Made by a program: the position numbers and the translations under genes. From Octopus vulgaris (lineage: Eukaryota), in contig OX597816.1 of NCBI GenBank assembly GCA_951406725.2, positions 120,218,001 to 120,282,000 of the forward strand: 64,000 nucleotides of DNA, written 5' to 3'. The notes below the pieces were generated by a model. It did no database searches. It saw only the letters and a list, made by a program, of their open reading frames with translations, and was not told the DNA's origin. Shown here in pieces: positions 39,387 to 51,689 of the stretch (positions are counted from its first letter, which is position 1; every line of letters starts with the position of its first letter).

Positions 39387-39700
39387 TGGTTTCCGCTTCA
39401 TCGGGGAATTACCTCCCTTTGCAGGTTTAGGGCACCGTGACGGTGTCGAGCCTTTCTGGTGACGTCGATGTTCGCCTGGGGCTAAATGCAACAGTAACAC
39501 CCCCACCACCCTGCCCTGTCCCTAGCCATATTCAGATGGCTTTAGTCCCTTATGTTGTCGAGCAGTTACTGTCTATATTCCTTTTGGAGAATTATTATTG
39601 CTTTCGAACAGATTTTCGAAATCAGCAAATGTATTTTGCTTGAAAATCTATATAAGAAAATCCTGCAGAGAGAGAATTCGTCGAGGAAGCGGAGGCCTAC

Positions 39701-39746
39701 CACACGCCGATGATAGGCAATACACCTTGAAACCATGGTCCGTGTG
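39701..39746 (+). ncRNA. Hammerhead motif, array copy 4 (site after 39740)
   Basis: Identical to 38624-38669. Confidence 0.75.
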
Positions 39747-39917
39747 TGGTTTCCGCTTCATCGGGGAATTACCTCCCTTTGCAGGTTTAGGGCACCGTGA
39801 CGGTGTCGAGCCTTTCTGGTGACGTCGATGTTCGCCTGGGGCTAAATGCAACAGTAACACCCCCACCACCCTGCCCTGTCCCTAGCCATATTCAGATGGC
39901 TTTAGTCCCTTATGTTG

Positions 39918-39977
<60 letters not shown>

Positions 39978-40199
39978 GAAGGTATGTATGTATACACATA
40001 CATATGCACACATGTTCTGTGTGTTTGTGTGTGTGTGCGTAAGTTTGTATTTGTACACATATACTTATGTAAGGTTGAGTGCATTTCCGATTGTTTGTTC
40101 TGTTCCACTCCACTGTCACACCTCCAGAGAATACGCCCACTCCACCTTCTTTTTTTTTATTCTAGAGAGTTTATCTACCACCTTATACATGCCTTCACA

Positions 40200-40677
40200 C
40201 TCACCGTTATTCCACTTTCACCACCGTCACCATCACCGTCGCCGTCCTCCTCCCTTTCCCTCTCTTTTCACTTCTCTTTCTCCATCCAAGTCTTCTTCCA
40301 CTTCTCCTTCTCTCTCCCGCTTCTCATCCTCACTCCTCTTTTTCTCCACTTCTCTGCCTGTCTCCCGTTTCTCTTCCTCTCACAATCTTCTCCCTCTCCT
40401 TTTCTCCTCCGTTCTCCCTTTTTCCCCGCCCCTCCTCCTCCTCCTCACCACCACCACCACCACCACCACCACCACCATTTATTTTATAAACGTCTAGATA
40501 TTCTACTTTCAATGTTTTAAATTTCTGCATACTTCTCACTCTGTATATATCGTTCTTTCAATTCTTTTATTCTAGTTTTAGTTCCACCATTTTCATCATG
40601 TTCCCAACATTACCATTAACACTTCTGGCCATATTAGAATTTCTCTTGTAAAAGGACTATAATTATCTTTCTCCCCA

Positions 40678-40719
<42 letters not shown>

Positions 40720-41030
40720 TTAATAACTGGTACGACTCTTTGTTTGTCTCTCTCTCTCTCTCACTTTTACTTGATCTGTCCCCTTCTCTCCCTACTCATC
40801 CTCTTTTCTCTTCTCTTTCCTCTGATTCTTTGGTCTAATCTTCCACTACCCTCCTATTTCTTTGTCTCGCTCTGCACTCACAGGTCGCTCTTCGACACCC
40901 ATCCCTTCTCCTCTCTGATTCCTTCTTTCTCTCTCTTCTCTCTCTTTGTTGCGTTTGTCCCTCCTCTCTCTCTCTCTCTCTCTCTCTCTTCCGTTGCTTC
41001 TCTTTCTTTTCTTTTCTCTCTTCTCTGTCA
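40200..41030. repeat. Long C/T-rich low-complexity tracts
   Basis: Two mostly polypyrimidine stretches (~40200-40480 and ~40740-41030) with (CAC)n and (CT)n. Confidence 0.8.
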
Positions 41031-41522
41031 CGTGACTGCTGGCCGAAATCTGCCTTTCAGCTTCTGACCAGCGTCGTGTTAACATCGTTGTTTTTCGTCC
41101 GCCGCTATAGGCATCGCCGATAAGGCTCCTTTCCTTGCGCCAGAGAAAAAAATTGTTTGCTTGTTATCAGTCGTAAGACACTTGTTGTTGTTTTCACCGT
41201 TAATGCTTCTGTATTTCATGTTTCTGTATTCCATTATCTTTTTGTTTTTTTATATTCGTCCCTTTTGCTGTCCTGGTGTCCGTATGCATTCGATCCTTCT
41301 TCCAGGAAATCTACGCTCCCAGCTTAGTTTTTCTAATGCTCGTTGCTTAGTTTTTCTTGGAGGGCTGGCCGTGATCTAGTAATCTCAAGATTAATCAGCC
41401 GAAATTACTACGATGATCCGGTTCTTGACTGAAGACTGAGGGTTTCGAATGTCCTGTCCGTGTTTATTGTATCGTCTTCTTGAGTTATACGTTCTTGTCC
41501 ATGTTGTATTTTTCTACATACC

Positions 41523-41563
<41 letters not shown>

Positions 41564-41887
41564 CAAGATATATATATTATATACAAGATATATATGTATA
41601 CATAAAATGCATATGTATGTATTAATATATATATACCTATGTAGGCGTAATAGGTGTATTTACATGAAATACAAATAAACAAAAAATATGTAGTAGTGTT
41701 ATCTTTACAGCTGTTTCGTAATAATGATCCTGTTATTTCGCAAGTATACGGAATAGCACGAATTTTCATAGATCTGTGAGACGCAACCTTGTTACCATCA
41801 GAAGGTTTATAGTTAACAACATAGTGCAGAGCACTGTTTACAAATATTGTTGTAGTAGAAATGATACACTCCTTCCCACGCGAGAAA

Positions 41888-43593
41888 GTCAGACGCTATA
41901 AAGTCAGACAGTCAGTCATTGTAGGAGGTTAGTCAGTAGTAGAGAAGAATTTGGTGAGTTAAAGTTGTATTATTTGATGGCGTTATATCGTTGTTTAATT
42001 TACTGTTGTTTGAGTGTTGTAGTGTTCCATGAACACTTTTGTCAACTGTTCTGTGCTGCCTTGAAGCAACTAGAAGGATGCTGTATGAAGATTACGGCTC
42101 TTTGGGGCTGTCTTCTTCGGAGGAAGAGCTGGTGAATGCAATTAAGAAGATAGCCGAAGGAATGAATAAAGAGAAGAGCTATTCAAGTGCCACGGAAGTA
42201 GGAAATAATGAAGTCGACCTAACAAACTTAAAGAATTACGGAAAAATGTTGCAGAGAGAGGGTGGTGATGTAAAACTGTCACCACCCCAAGGAATTTTAG
42301 AAGGAATACAAGAGAAGACTATCATCTACAAGGTCTTCTCCATAGAGGAAAAGAAGATAGAAGTAATGACAATAGAAAAAAAATAGAAGAAGCACTAAGA
42401 CCTATCTGGCAAGACATTACATATCTTGCCAAGGGAAACTGAAATAGCACGGTGGATGTTCGCCTCAGAGAAGCAACGAAGGCAAAGCAAATTTCGGCAA
42501 CCCTGTTGAAAACAGAAAGTGTGGTGTTTTTACCCATGTACCTTGGAAAGAGGGCTTCCAAGGTGAGTGTAGAAGGAATTCCACCTGAAATTGACGTGGC
42601 CTGGGTAGCGGCTGCTGTTCTCCAAGGCAATGAGAACGAAATAGCAGTCATCTGGGCCACTAAGACAGAAGCAATGAACTGGAAGGGGCAGACACTGGAG
42701 TTAATTATTCAAGGATCAGTAGAAAGTATAGAAAAAACGGTGGAGACGATAACAGTTGGAAATACGGTATTAAGAGTTAGGGTGGAGGGCAGAATCCCTC
42801 GATGCTTCAAATGTGGCTTAAAGGGCGACATTAGAGTGTACTGCCCTTCACCAACGGAGAGGAACCAAGAAAGAGCACATGAAGTAACAGCAGAGAAGGA
42901 TGTACCAACGGAGGAGGCGAAAGATGATGTATCATGGAAAACTGTAGAGAATAAAAGAAAAAGAAAGAAAGCGAATTAAACAGAGGTAAAACCCACACCT
43001 ACCCCACCCACAACTTCTTCCCTCCCCCTACTGACACCAAACCCACCTACTCTCCTCCGACACAAAAACAAAAAAGAAAAACGCTGACACACAGGAACCC
43101 CAAACTACCCCTCCCCCAGCCAAGGAAGAAAGTTGTGTTGCATGTATGTTGATCGAAGGTGCAAGTAAGGAACTGATACGGGAAGCAGTGTGTATGAAAG
43201 GCGCTGCGTTGGTTAATTTTAAGGGAGATGTGAAAATTTATGGGTGGCACTCGTGCGTGTTAATGTCAGAAAGGCAAAAGGAAAGACTGGAAAAATATAA
43301 TGGTGGGTTCACGGCGTGGAAGGTGAACATAAGCATAAGCAATTTGCCGGAGGAAATATTATACACGGGTCTCAGAAAAAAGAGCAAAATAGACATTCTA
43401 AAAGGAACAGTGTTCAAAGTAGAAGGAAGTAAGTGAAGTTGTTTGGAGTGGGGCGAGTAACTTTATTTTCATTTTTCATTTTCATTGTCATTCATGTTTT
43501 ATCATACGCTTTTTCCTTTTTTCTCTATTGTTTTCTCACCACATGTCCTTGTATTGTTCCCTCTATGTTCGCCCCTTGTGGGCAGTGAAAAAA
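41888..43593 (+). mobile_element. ORF1-only (HAL1-like) L1/Tx1-related retroelement, copy 1, broken gag-like ORF
   Basis: 5' leader, then ORF pieces 42039..42386, 42452..42979 (KVSVEGIPPEID, zinc knuckle CFKCGLKGDIRVYC, basic WKTVENKRKRKK) and 43146..43436. A T-rich 3' UTR and the cccttgtgggcagtgaaaaaa tail follow directly, with no RT or EN. Confidence 0.65.
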
Positions 43594-43595
43594 CC

Positions 43596-44480
43596 AGGTC
43601 AGTAATAGTAAAGAAAAATTTGGTGAGTTGAAGTTGTATTATTTGCTGGTGCTATATTGTTTAACTTACTGTTGTTTGTGCTGCCTTGTGGCAGTTTATT
43701 TGTACTTTCCCTCCTCATAGAGGAGGGTAGGCCGATTAAAAAAGATGCCAGAAGAAGAAGATAACAGCTACTCAGAGTTGTCCTCGTCAGAGCAGTCATC
43801 GTCGTCATCAGAGATTACATGGAGCATGATGGAGAAACTGAATGAGGTACGGGCAAGAGAAAACAAAAGCTTCATAGAAATTGCCAAGTGTAAGGAATAT
43901 CAAATCGAATGGGATGAATGGAGTAATTACATGAAAATGATGAGTCGCGAAGGATTCAATGTGGAATTGAACCACCCAGAAGAAATGGTTAACAACAGGA
44001 AAGAATGTACAATTGTTTACAAGACGCATTCAGTAGATGTTGGGAAGATAGACATAATGACTACTACTCAAATAGAGAAGGCGCTGAGGGCAATCTGGCA
44101 AGAGTTAACGTATATTGCCAGAGGGGCCAAGTATGGAACGGTAGAAGTGAAATTTAAAGAGGCAGAAAAGGCAAGGGAGAACGCGGCAACCATTATAAAG
44201 AATGATGAAGTGGTACTATTACTTACGTACCATGGAAGGCGTGCTTTGAAGGTTAGCGTGGAGGGAATCCCACCAGAAGTTGACATGCCCTGGATAGCAG
44301 CCGCTATCCTACATGGAAAGGAGAAAGAGATAGCGGTTCTCCAGGCCACAAGGACGGAAAGTAGGCACTGGAAAGGCCAAACTTTAAAGATAGTCATCGG
44401 GTCAGGGTGGAGAGCAAGATCCCTCGATGTTTTAATTGTGGCCTGAAAGGCCACATTAGAGTGGATCGCCCTTCACCGCC
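43596..44480 (+). mobile_element. Related ORF1 element, copy 2, 3'-truncated
   Basis: Leader homologous to 41930-42015. ORF 43745..44446 (KVSVEGIPPEVD) is frameshifted into PRCFNCGLKGHIRVDRP. Confidence 0.7.
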
Positions 44481-44697
44481 CAAAAATTGATGTACGTGTG
44501 GTTATTGGAGGAGTACAAGTTCGATATACTGGCAAGTACGAAGTATAAAAAGTAACTAAAAGGTATAAATGAAGCAATTCAGAGGTGGGGCTGAGGAACT
44601 TCATCCCGTTTTCCACTTTCAGTTATCATTTATCTTATAACATACGTTTTTGTGTTTTTTTTTTACTTTGTTTGAATCTTTTCACTTTCATCAGTAA

Positions 44698-44851
44698 ATC
44701 GAGAAATCAATTTTTTGCATCTAATCACTTTAAAACTTCGGATACTTGTAGAATGTGTCATATAAAACATCTTTTACTCTTAGCGTTGTTGTGAAGTTCT
44801 ATTTACGAAGTTATTTCGCGTTAAAGTTGTCGTATTTCGGTAATTTCAACC
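44698..44851. mobile_element. Fragment of the 48944-49383 MITE family
   Basis: atcgagaaat.aattttttg...aacttcgga.act.gtagaatgtgtcatataaaa...ttaaagttgtcgtatttcggtaatttcaacc aligns with 48968-49124. Confidence 0.75.
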
Positions 44852-44865
44852 ACAGGTTTATACAT

Positions 44866-44957
44866 AGTAGACGGTTTAGACTACAAACAGACCATCGCCC
44901 GTTGCTAACGATTTATGGATGCAAGGAAGGAATCCCAATACATACAGCAAACAAGTG
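44866..44957 (+). mobile_element. Ty3/Gypsy RNase H micro-fragment
   Basis: RRFRLQTDHRPLLTIYGCKEGIPIHTANK carries the F.L.TDH.PL motif. Confidence 0.7.
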
Positions 44958-45241
44958 AACACTGTAAAGACATAACAAGGACTGCTGCAACAGAGACTAC
45001 GAAGTATGGTTAGCAGGAAGGGGCACAACTGGTGTTCTGACTGTGTCCACACATCGTAGATTATTCCTTTGAACAAGGACTCAGACCACACACACACACA
45101 TACGTGCATACATATATGTCTTTTATATTTTTTTGTCTCAGCTATTAGACTGCGGCCATCCTCGAAGGATTTAGTAGAACAAATCAACCTCAGTACTCAT
45201 ATGTATATATTTATACAAATAAACATATGCACATACGCATA

Positions 45242-45291
<50 letters not shown>

Positions 45292-45311
45292 GCGTAAATT
45301 TATACGTACAT

Positions 45312-45345
<34 letters not shown>

Positions 45346-45705
45346 GGCGTGGTTGTGTGGGAGCAGTTTGCTTTCCAACTACATGGTTCCGGGGTCAATC
45401 CCATTGCATGGCACCTTGGGCAAGTATCTTCTACTATAGCCACGGGCCGACCAAAGCCCTGTGAGTGAAGGAAGGTAGTCTTATATATTTGTGTGTGTTT
45501 GTGTCTGTCTGTATCCAACCGGTGTTTGTATGTTTACGTCCTGTAATTTAGCAGTTCCGCAACAGAGACTGATACAATAGTTACCAGGCTTTAAAAAAAA
45601 AATAAGTACTAGGGTTTATTTGTTCGACTAAAATTCTTCAAGGCGGTGCCCCCGCATGACCGTAGTTTACTGGGTGAAACTAGTAAAAGACAAAGGATAA
45701 AAGAT
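45346..45705 (+). mobile_element. tRNA-derived SINE, family B, diverged
   Basis: Same head and tail order as 21502-21880. Confidence 0.7.
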
Positions 45706-45982
45706 GCATATTTGTTAAAAGAATTCGATATTCACGGCTGAGAGACCAGCAAAGAAGAAACAGTTTTAAGTCGATCGATTAAAATTTAATTGAATGTTTG
45801 TAAAAAGAAACTTGGTTTTTGTGTATGTTTAAAACTGATATTATAGATTTGTTTTGAACTTTTAAAATAATTATTATTCAGTAATAAAAAAAATTGCACA
45901 CATACATACATACATACATACATACATACATACATACATACATACATAAGTATATATATATATATATACACACACACTCATA

Positions 45983-46040
<58 letters not shown>

Positions 46041-46051
46041 AATATATATAT

Positions 46052-46090
<39 letters not shown>

Positions 46091-46101
46091 AATATATATA
46101 T

Positions 46102-46161
<60 letters not shown>

Positions 46162-46192
46162 CACTCATATATATATATATATATATATATAT

Positions 46193-46253
<61 letters not shown>

Positions 46254-47953
46254 TGTAATGTGTGTATGTACGTATATATCTAAGCTCTTAAAATTGCAAT
46301 ATTGACGGATGAAATATATTTCTACTTGTTCCGATATAACACTGGAAGAAACGTCTTTAGAGAATCTCAATAAAATAGTTTAGTATTTTCGAAAGGAAAT
46401 AGTATTGAATCTCGTAAATGAGACATTTTATTTAGCAAGGAAAAACAAAAAAAACAAACAAAAAGCAAAAAAACAAAATAAAAAACAAAAGCAAAAAAAA
46501 AAAACAACAAAACCCCCCAAATGAATAGTTATCCTTGGAAAAAGTGGAATAAACAATAGTAAACAATGTAGGTTTTTTTTTGCGGTTTATAGTTTGGTTT
46601 CCAATGCTGTACAAGTCGCTTATTCTGTATTACATTGTATCAATAATTATTGACAGGAGATTGATACAGTTTATACCGTAATTCCAATTATGTCTAGCCG
46701 ACTACCAAGAAATGCCAATGTCGTTAAGATCTTAAGTAAATTCACTTCCCTTGAAAATAAAAATATTGTAGTGGTTCAATGGAAGGATAAAGAGGGGACA
46801 CAACTGGGCGAGGAGTGTCAGTGAATGTAGACTTTCACATATTCGCAGTGTAGGTATAATTCTCCTCGAATAAAGTTTAGTGGATTGTTGTGTATTGTAG
46901 GTACTCTAATGTACTGTATTAACTCTTTGCCAACTTCATAACTCTCTATAATTGATGTAACAAGTAGGAAATCTCTAAGGTTAAGGAGAGAAGCTTTAGC
47001 CTCATCATGAAGTTCGCGTCGTAATCACGTGGTGTCTTTGGCAAGCATTGTCTGCAATAGTCTCAACTCGATCAAAGCCTTGTGAGTAGAGTAGGAAGCC
47101 AGACAGATTGACTCAGCTCGTGTTTGGATGATAGATTTAATCTATCGGATGGTTAAACCCACCACCTGAAATTTGGGTACCTTTGTCGATGCCTATTTTG
47201 CTACAATCATCCAGGTTTGCAACAGAGTGCAAAAAGAAAGGAAATACTCCAAACTGGATGCTGTCTTTCTTTTTGCTCTTCAGTCTTGAAGGCCCGCGCA
47301 AAAAATGGGCTGTCCTGCCTTTTCTGACCTAGTCCCTCTACCCCTATCTAAATCTTCAGAGACCTGGAGACGTAGCGATAGCTACTCCTTACCTATGTAA
47401 CAAATATTCTGGTAACCTCACCATTTGGCTAATACTCAACATAGATATAATACTAAAACTACAAATCTTTTCTTTTTTAATTCGCATTTCACGAATCATG
47501 GGCTCTTATCTATAGACGAAAGACATCTTTTTTAGGGAGATTTAGTCTTGAGCAGAAATTACGATAATCTCTTCATGTTTAAAGAAATAGCTTTGGAGCA
47601 AGCAGTTTTGATTTCAAGACATTTGGTTAAATGTATCTATTATATTTGGGCGTTACTTTAGTCATATGATGGGTATATTGACGACATTTCTGTGACTATG
47701 TAGTGAATTACAGGTTACATAAATACCATAATTATATTTCAATTTGTTTTCTACATTTCATGGTGCTTATAAGAATGATTAAATGAATACTGATAAAAAA
47801 ATCCAATTAATAAATGAAAGTTAAAAGAAATCTCATTCTATAATTACAATAAATATGTTATCAATAACAACAATACTATTTTACAATTGATTATAACCAT
47901 AACATTGGCTAATTCTATAGAAAGTTGTGACATTTAGAGCGTAACCAACCATA

Positions 47954-48890
47954 AGGCGGCGAGTGGGCAGATCGTTAGCACGTCGGAAAAATGCTTAGCG
48001 GCATTTTGTCCAGCGGCACGTTCTGAGTTCAAATTCCGATGATGTCAACTCTGCCTTAAGAAGTAGGTACCTTTTGAACATTGGGGTTCGATATAAGTTT
48101 TGTGCCTATTGGAAAAAGAAGTATTAGTATTGACTAAGGCGTTAGCTGGTGCCAGCTGTGCACTGGGGTCAATGTAATCGACTTGGCCCTCCGCTCAAAA
48201 ACTGCCGGCCCTTTGTTAAAATTTGAAGCCGGTTAGCTGGCTGAATCATTAGTAAATTACTTAACCGGGAAAATTACTTAGTGGCATTTCTTTCGTCTTT
48301 ATCTTGTGAGTTTAAATTCTGCCGGGGCTAGCTTTGCCTTTCATCTCTTTCGGGGGTCGATAAAAATGTACTAGTTGAGTGTTGGGGTCGCGCCTCCCAC
48401 AAAACTGCCGGTCTTGTGCCAAAATTCGAAACCATTATTATAAATATTGATTAAGGTGGCAAGTTGGCAGAATCGTTAGCGTGTCAGATTAAATGCTAAG
48501 CGGTTTTTATTCCGACTTTATGTTCTGAGTTCAAATTTCACCAAAATAAATTTTTATTTTGGTGTCGATAAACTGATATAAGTAATTGATTAGCTCCTCC
48601 CCACACCCCAAATTTCAGGCATTGTACCTATAGTACAAAGGATTTTAGTATTAATTATGGTGGTGAGGTGGCAGAATCCTTATTGCGATGGATAAAATGC
48701 TTAACGGAATTTCTTTTGGATCTATACTCTCTGAGTTCAAATTCTGTCGAGGTCACCTTTACTTTTCATTCTTTCGGCGTCGATAACATAAGTATCAATA
48801 CTAAAGTGGTACTTAACACTAGAGTTGATGCAACCGACTTACATCCTGCCATAAAATTGCTGGCTTTGTGCCAAAATTTGAAGCCGTTAT
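47954..48890 (+). mobile_element. Head-to-tail cluster of ~4-5 family A SINEs
   Basis: Heads at ~47954, ~48232, ~48455 and ~48660, each with gagtt(c/t)aaatt and a ...tgtgcc.aaatttgaa or ...tgtgcctat tail. Confidence 0.7.
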
Positions 48891-48943
48891 TATTGGTGTT
48901 GATTCCAAGGAAAAAAAGCGGTGCTCAAAACTTAGAAGATTAT

Positions 48944-49383
48944 GGATCGTTTCCCTTTGAACGGCAGATCGAGAAATTAATTTTTTGTAACTAAAGACTT
49001 TCAAACTTCGGACACTGGTAGAATGTGTCATATAAAATATCTTTTGCTCTTAGTATTGTTGAGAAAAGTTTCTATTTTCAAAGTTATTTCGTGTTAAAGT
49101 TGTCGTATTTCGGTAATTTCAACCAATCAATGACGTGTATTCAGCTGAATAAAATTACTGCCGTTGTTTGTCAACAACAACTATTAGCGTTATATATTTC
49201 GTTTGTCACTGTTATTTATGACGTTCGTGCGTTTGTACTGGCTTTAGTTTTAGGGTTTTAGGGTTAGGGTTTTAGAGTTAGGGTTTTAAAGTTAGGGTTA
49301 GGGCTTTAGAGTCTACCAGCGTCCGAAGTTTGAAAGTTACAAAAAATTAATTTATCGATCTGCTGTTCAAAGGGAAAAGATCC
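48944..49383. mobile_element. MITE with ~75 bp TIRs, 8-bp TSD AAGATTAT and internal TTAGGG-like repeats
   Basis: TIRs ggatcgtttccctttgaacggcagatcga... / ...tcgatctgctgttcaaagggaaaagatcc. AAGATTAT sits at 48936-48943 and 49384-49391. Confidence 0.92.
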
Positions 49384-49579
49384 AAGATTATTGAACTCAA
49401 TGCAGTTTAGAGCGAAGTTATGAGAAGGTGGAGAGTTCCACAGAAGTTCAGTCTTGACAGTAAACCTTCGGGGAGAAATGTTTAGTGCGGGGTTGGGGAA
49501 TCACGAGAGGAGGTGAAGCGGAGAAAGCAGTGAAGTTTGCAGATTCTAAATTTAGAGGAATAGGAACTGTCGTGGCGAA

Positions 49580-49643
<64 letters not shown>

Positions 49644-49944
49644 AGAGTACTTAAAGTCGTTCTGTTTTGGCGAGTAAAGTCTTAGATGACCATCGTTAGA
49701 TTTGGTCTATAATGTTTGGATATGAAGCGACAGTTCCGTACTAGCAGTTAGAGGGAAATAACAACAGCCTGTAATAGAAAATGTGTGTTGATCTTTAGTA
49801 GTCTCACTATTCAGCTGTACACACCCACACAAACACGTTTGCATACCCATAAATACTTGTTCACACAGGCACACACACATACACACGCACACACAGGCAT
49901 ACATACATATATACATACATACAAACTAATAAACAAATAGACAG

Positions 49945-49982
<38 letters not shown>

Positions 49983-50171
49983 GCAAAAGCTGCCAGGAAT
50001 TTCTTTTAATGCTCTTGTCCCAGCGTTGCTATAGCTTCTGGCTGAAACCTACAATAGAATACATGCATGCATACATACATACATACATACATACATACAT
50101 ACATACATACATACATACATACATACATACATACATACATACATACACACACACATTCACACACACACATA

Positions 50172-50220
<49 letters not shown>

Positions 50221-50223
<3 letters not shown>

Positions 50224-50639
50224 ATCAAAATAAAAACATGATGCGAAGAATTCAGCGGTACATATGTTTCAGGCCTTTATTAGACAGATTTATAACAATG
50301 CATAATGTATGTCTGTGGCCTTCTTCAGCCGCACAACAGCTTCCACAAGGACATGTGTTACATCAAAAATTCTTGGTTGGGGATGCAAATCCTCTCATTC
50401 GCGTACGACATAATGCGGCAGCAGCATAGAACTGAAGCGTCCATCTCTTTCTTCTCTCAATGTAGAATGAGGAAAATTGGATGTTGAAGTAATGTAAATA
50501 AATAAATACATACATAGACGTGAAGATGGAGGGGCGAGAATTCAGGACGAGGGATAAAAAATGTATAAAAAGTGTAAGTATAGAAAAATATAAAAATGTA
50601 GAGCATGAATTCTTCGCATCATGTTTTTATTTTGATCAA
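50221..50639. mobile_element. Penelope-like pLTR remnant with a 34-bp inverted duplication, in a (TA)n context
   Basis: ttgatcaaaataaaaacatgatgcgaagaattca (50221-50254) is exactly inverted at 50606-50639. Contains a hammerhead motif. Confidence 0.6.
50255..50332 (-). ncRNA. Type I hammerhead ribozyme with canonical core and long stem II
   Basis: Minus strand gcgg-CUGAAGA-AGGCC...GGCCU-GAA-ACAUAUGU-A|ccgc. All core nucleotides are consensus and stem III is palindromic. Confidence 0.8.
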
Positions 50640-50706
50640 TTTACTCCACCACCTACACCACCAAACGGTATACACAGGTGCTTATAATTATCAAGTACTC
50701 ACCCCG

Positions 50707-50766
<60 letters not shown>

Positions 50767-51039
50767 TATTGTGTCTGGGGAGAGTCATTTTCTTATAATG
50801 TAACACACTCACCGGTAAAATTTCCACTTATTTCTTATTTTTCCGTCTGTCGATCGATCGATCGACAATGTACACATTATTTATTATTTATACAATTAAT
50901 ACCCAATTGATGAATATGTCTGCGTAAGCACGAAGGATGGATAAAACTAAACTTTTCTTAATAGAAATGTTTTCGTAGTTTGATGTACGAAATAGATTGT
51001 TTTTTCCTTATTTACTGTTCTCGTTTTGTATTGCTCTGC

Positions 51040-51079
<40 letters not shown>

Positions 51080-51689
51080 TTTGTTTTTGATCAAATCTGT
51101 CACGTAACTGAACATTAAACGAGATTCATATCAGCAGGAAGTTTTCTTTTTCTCATAATAATAGCTCTGAGTGTCAAAGGGTGACTGTTATACACAGAAT
51201 GTAATGAAAACTTATTATTGGTCTGGAGTTAAAGATTTCTTATAAATTATTGTCGCCGGATGACAGAGTTGCTGAGCGAGTGAGTATACCTTTAGAGCAA
51301 TGATTGTTGTTGTTTTTGTTTAAACTTACGTAAGTTCTGATCAGATAGCGAGACATTTGATCATACATGTTCCAGCCTTGACCATCCACTGCATCCAATG
51401 AAACTCGAATTACATTATCCAGTATGTATTTTCTTTCATGACAGAAGGGTTTTACTCGAGAGAGATTAGGCTGCTATTTCTAAGTGCTTAAACTTTTAGC
51501 GCTTGGTTGTATCGCAACAATATGATTTGATGTTATAGGCATACTTTTTTTTTATTCCATTTTGCTTTTATGTAAGGAGATAGGTTTATAGATTTCGCTT
51601 TTCTATGAACAGGTGAGTTTTCAAAACTCAGACAGAATGATAAGAAAAGAAGTATGAGTAGTGTCGTTGGAACGATGGAGTCAGAAGTA

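Larger units (their letters stand above)
38374..39918 (+). mobile_element. Retrozyme-like tandem array, block B (~4.3 units of 358-360 bp)
   Basis: Units start at 38374, 38734, 39093, 39451 and 39811, differing only by 1-2 nt indels and rare substitutions. One hammerhead per unit. Right end abuts (TA)n. Confidence 0.85.

Noticed and set aside
37759-39918. Array as CRISPR, 5S rDNA, tRNA or snRNA cluster; also HDV-like (cttcctcg) and twister-like (gccctgtccctagcc) motifs
   Set aside because: There are no unique spacers and no recognisable 5S, tRNA or snRNA sequence. The P1/P3/P1.1 pairings for HDV and the closing GGAGGG for twister could not be built.
37672-39979. Repeated 60-90 aa ORFs in the 360-bp array (MTVSSLSGDV..., MVGVLLLHL...)
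   Set aside because: They occur on both strands, have no recognisable domain, use non-ATG starts and are disrupted by 1-2 nt indels between units. RNA structure explains the unit better.
41425-41460. CTGAAGA...CGAATGTC motif
   Set aside because: It lacks GAAA and a paired stem II.
49245-49310. TTAGGG repeats as a telomere or chromosome fusion site
   Set aside because: Short, degenerate and located inside a TIR/TSD-bounded MITE.
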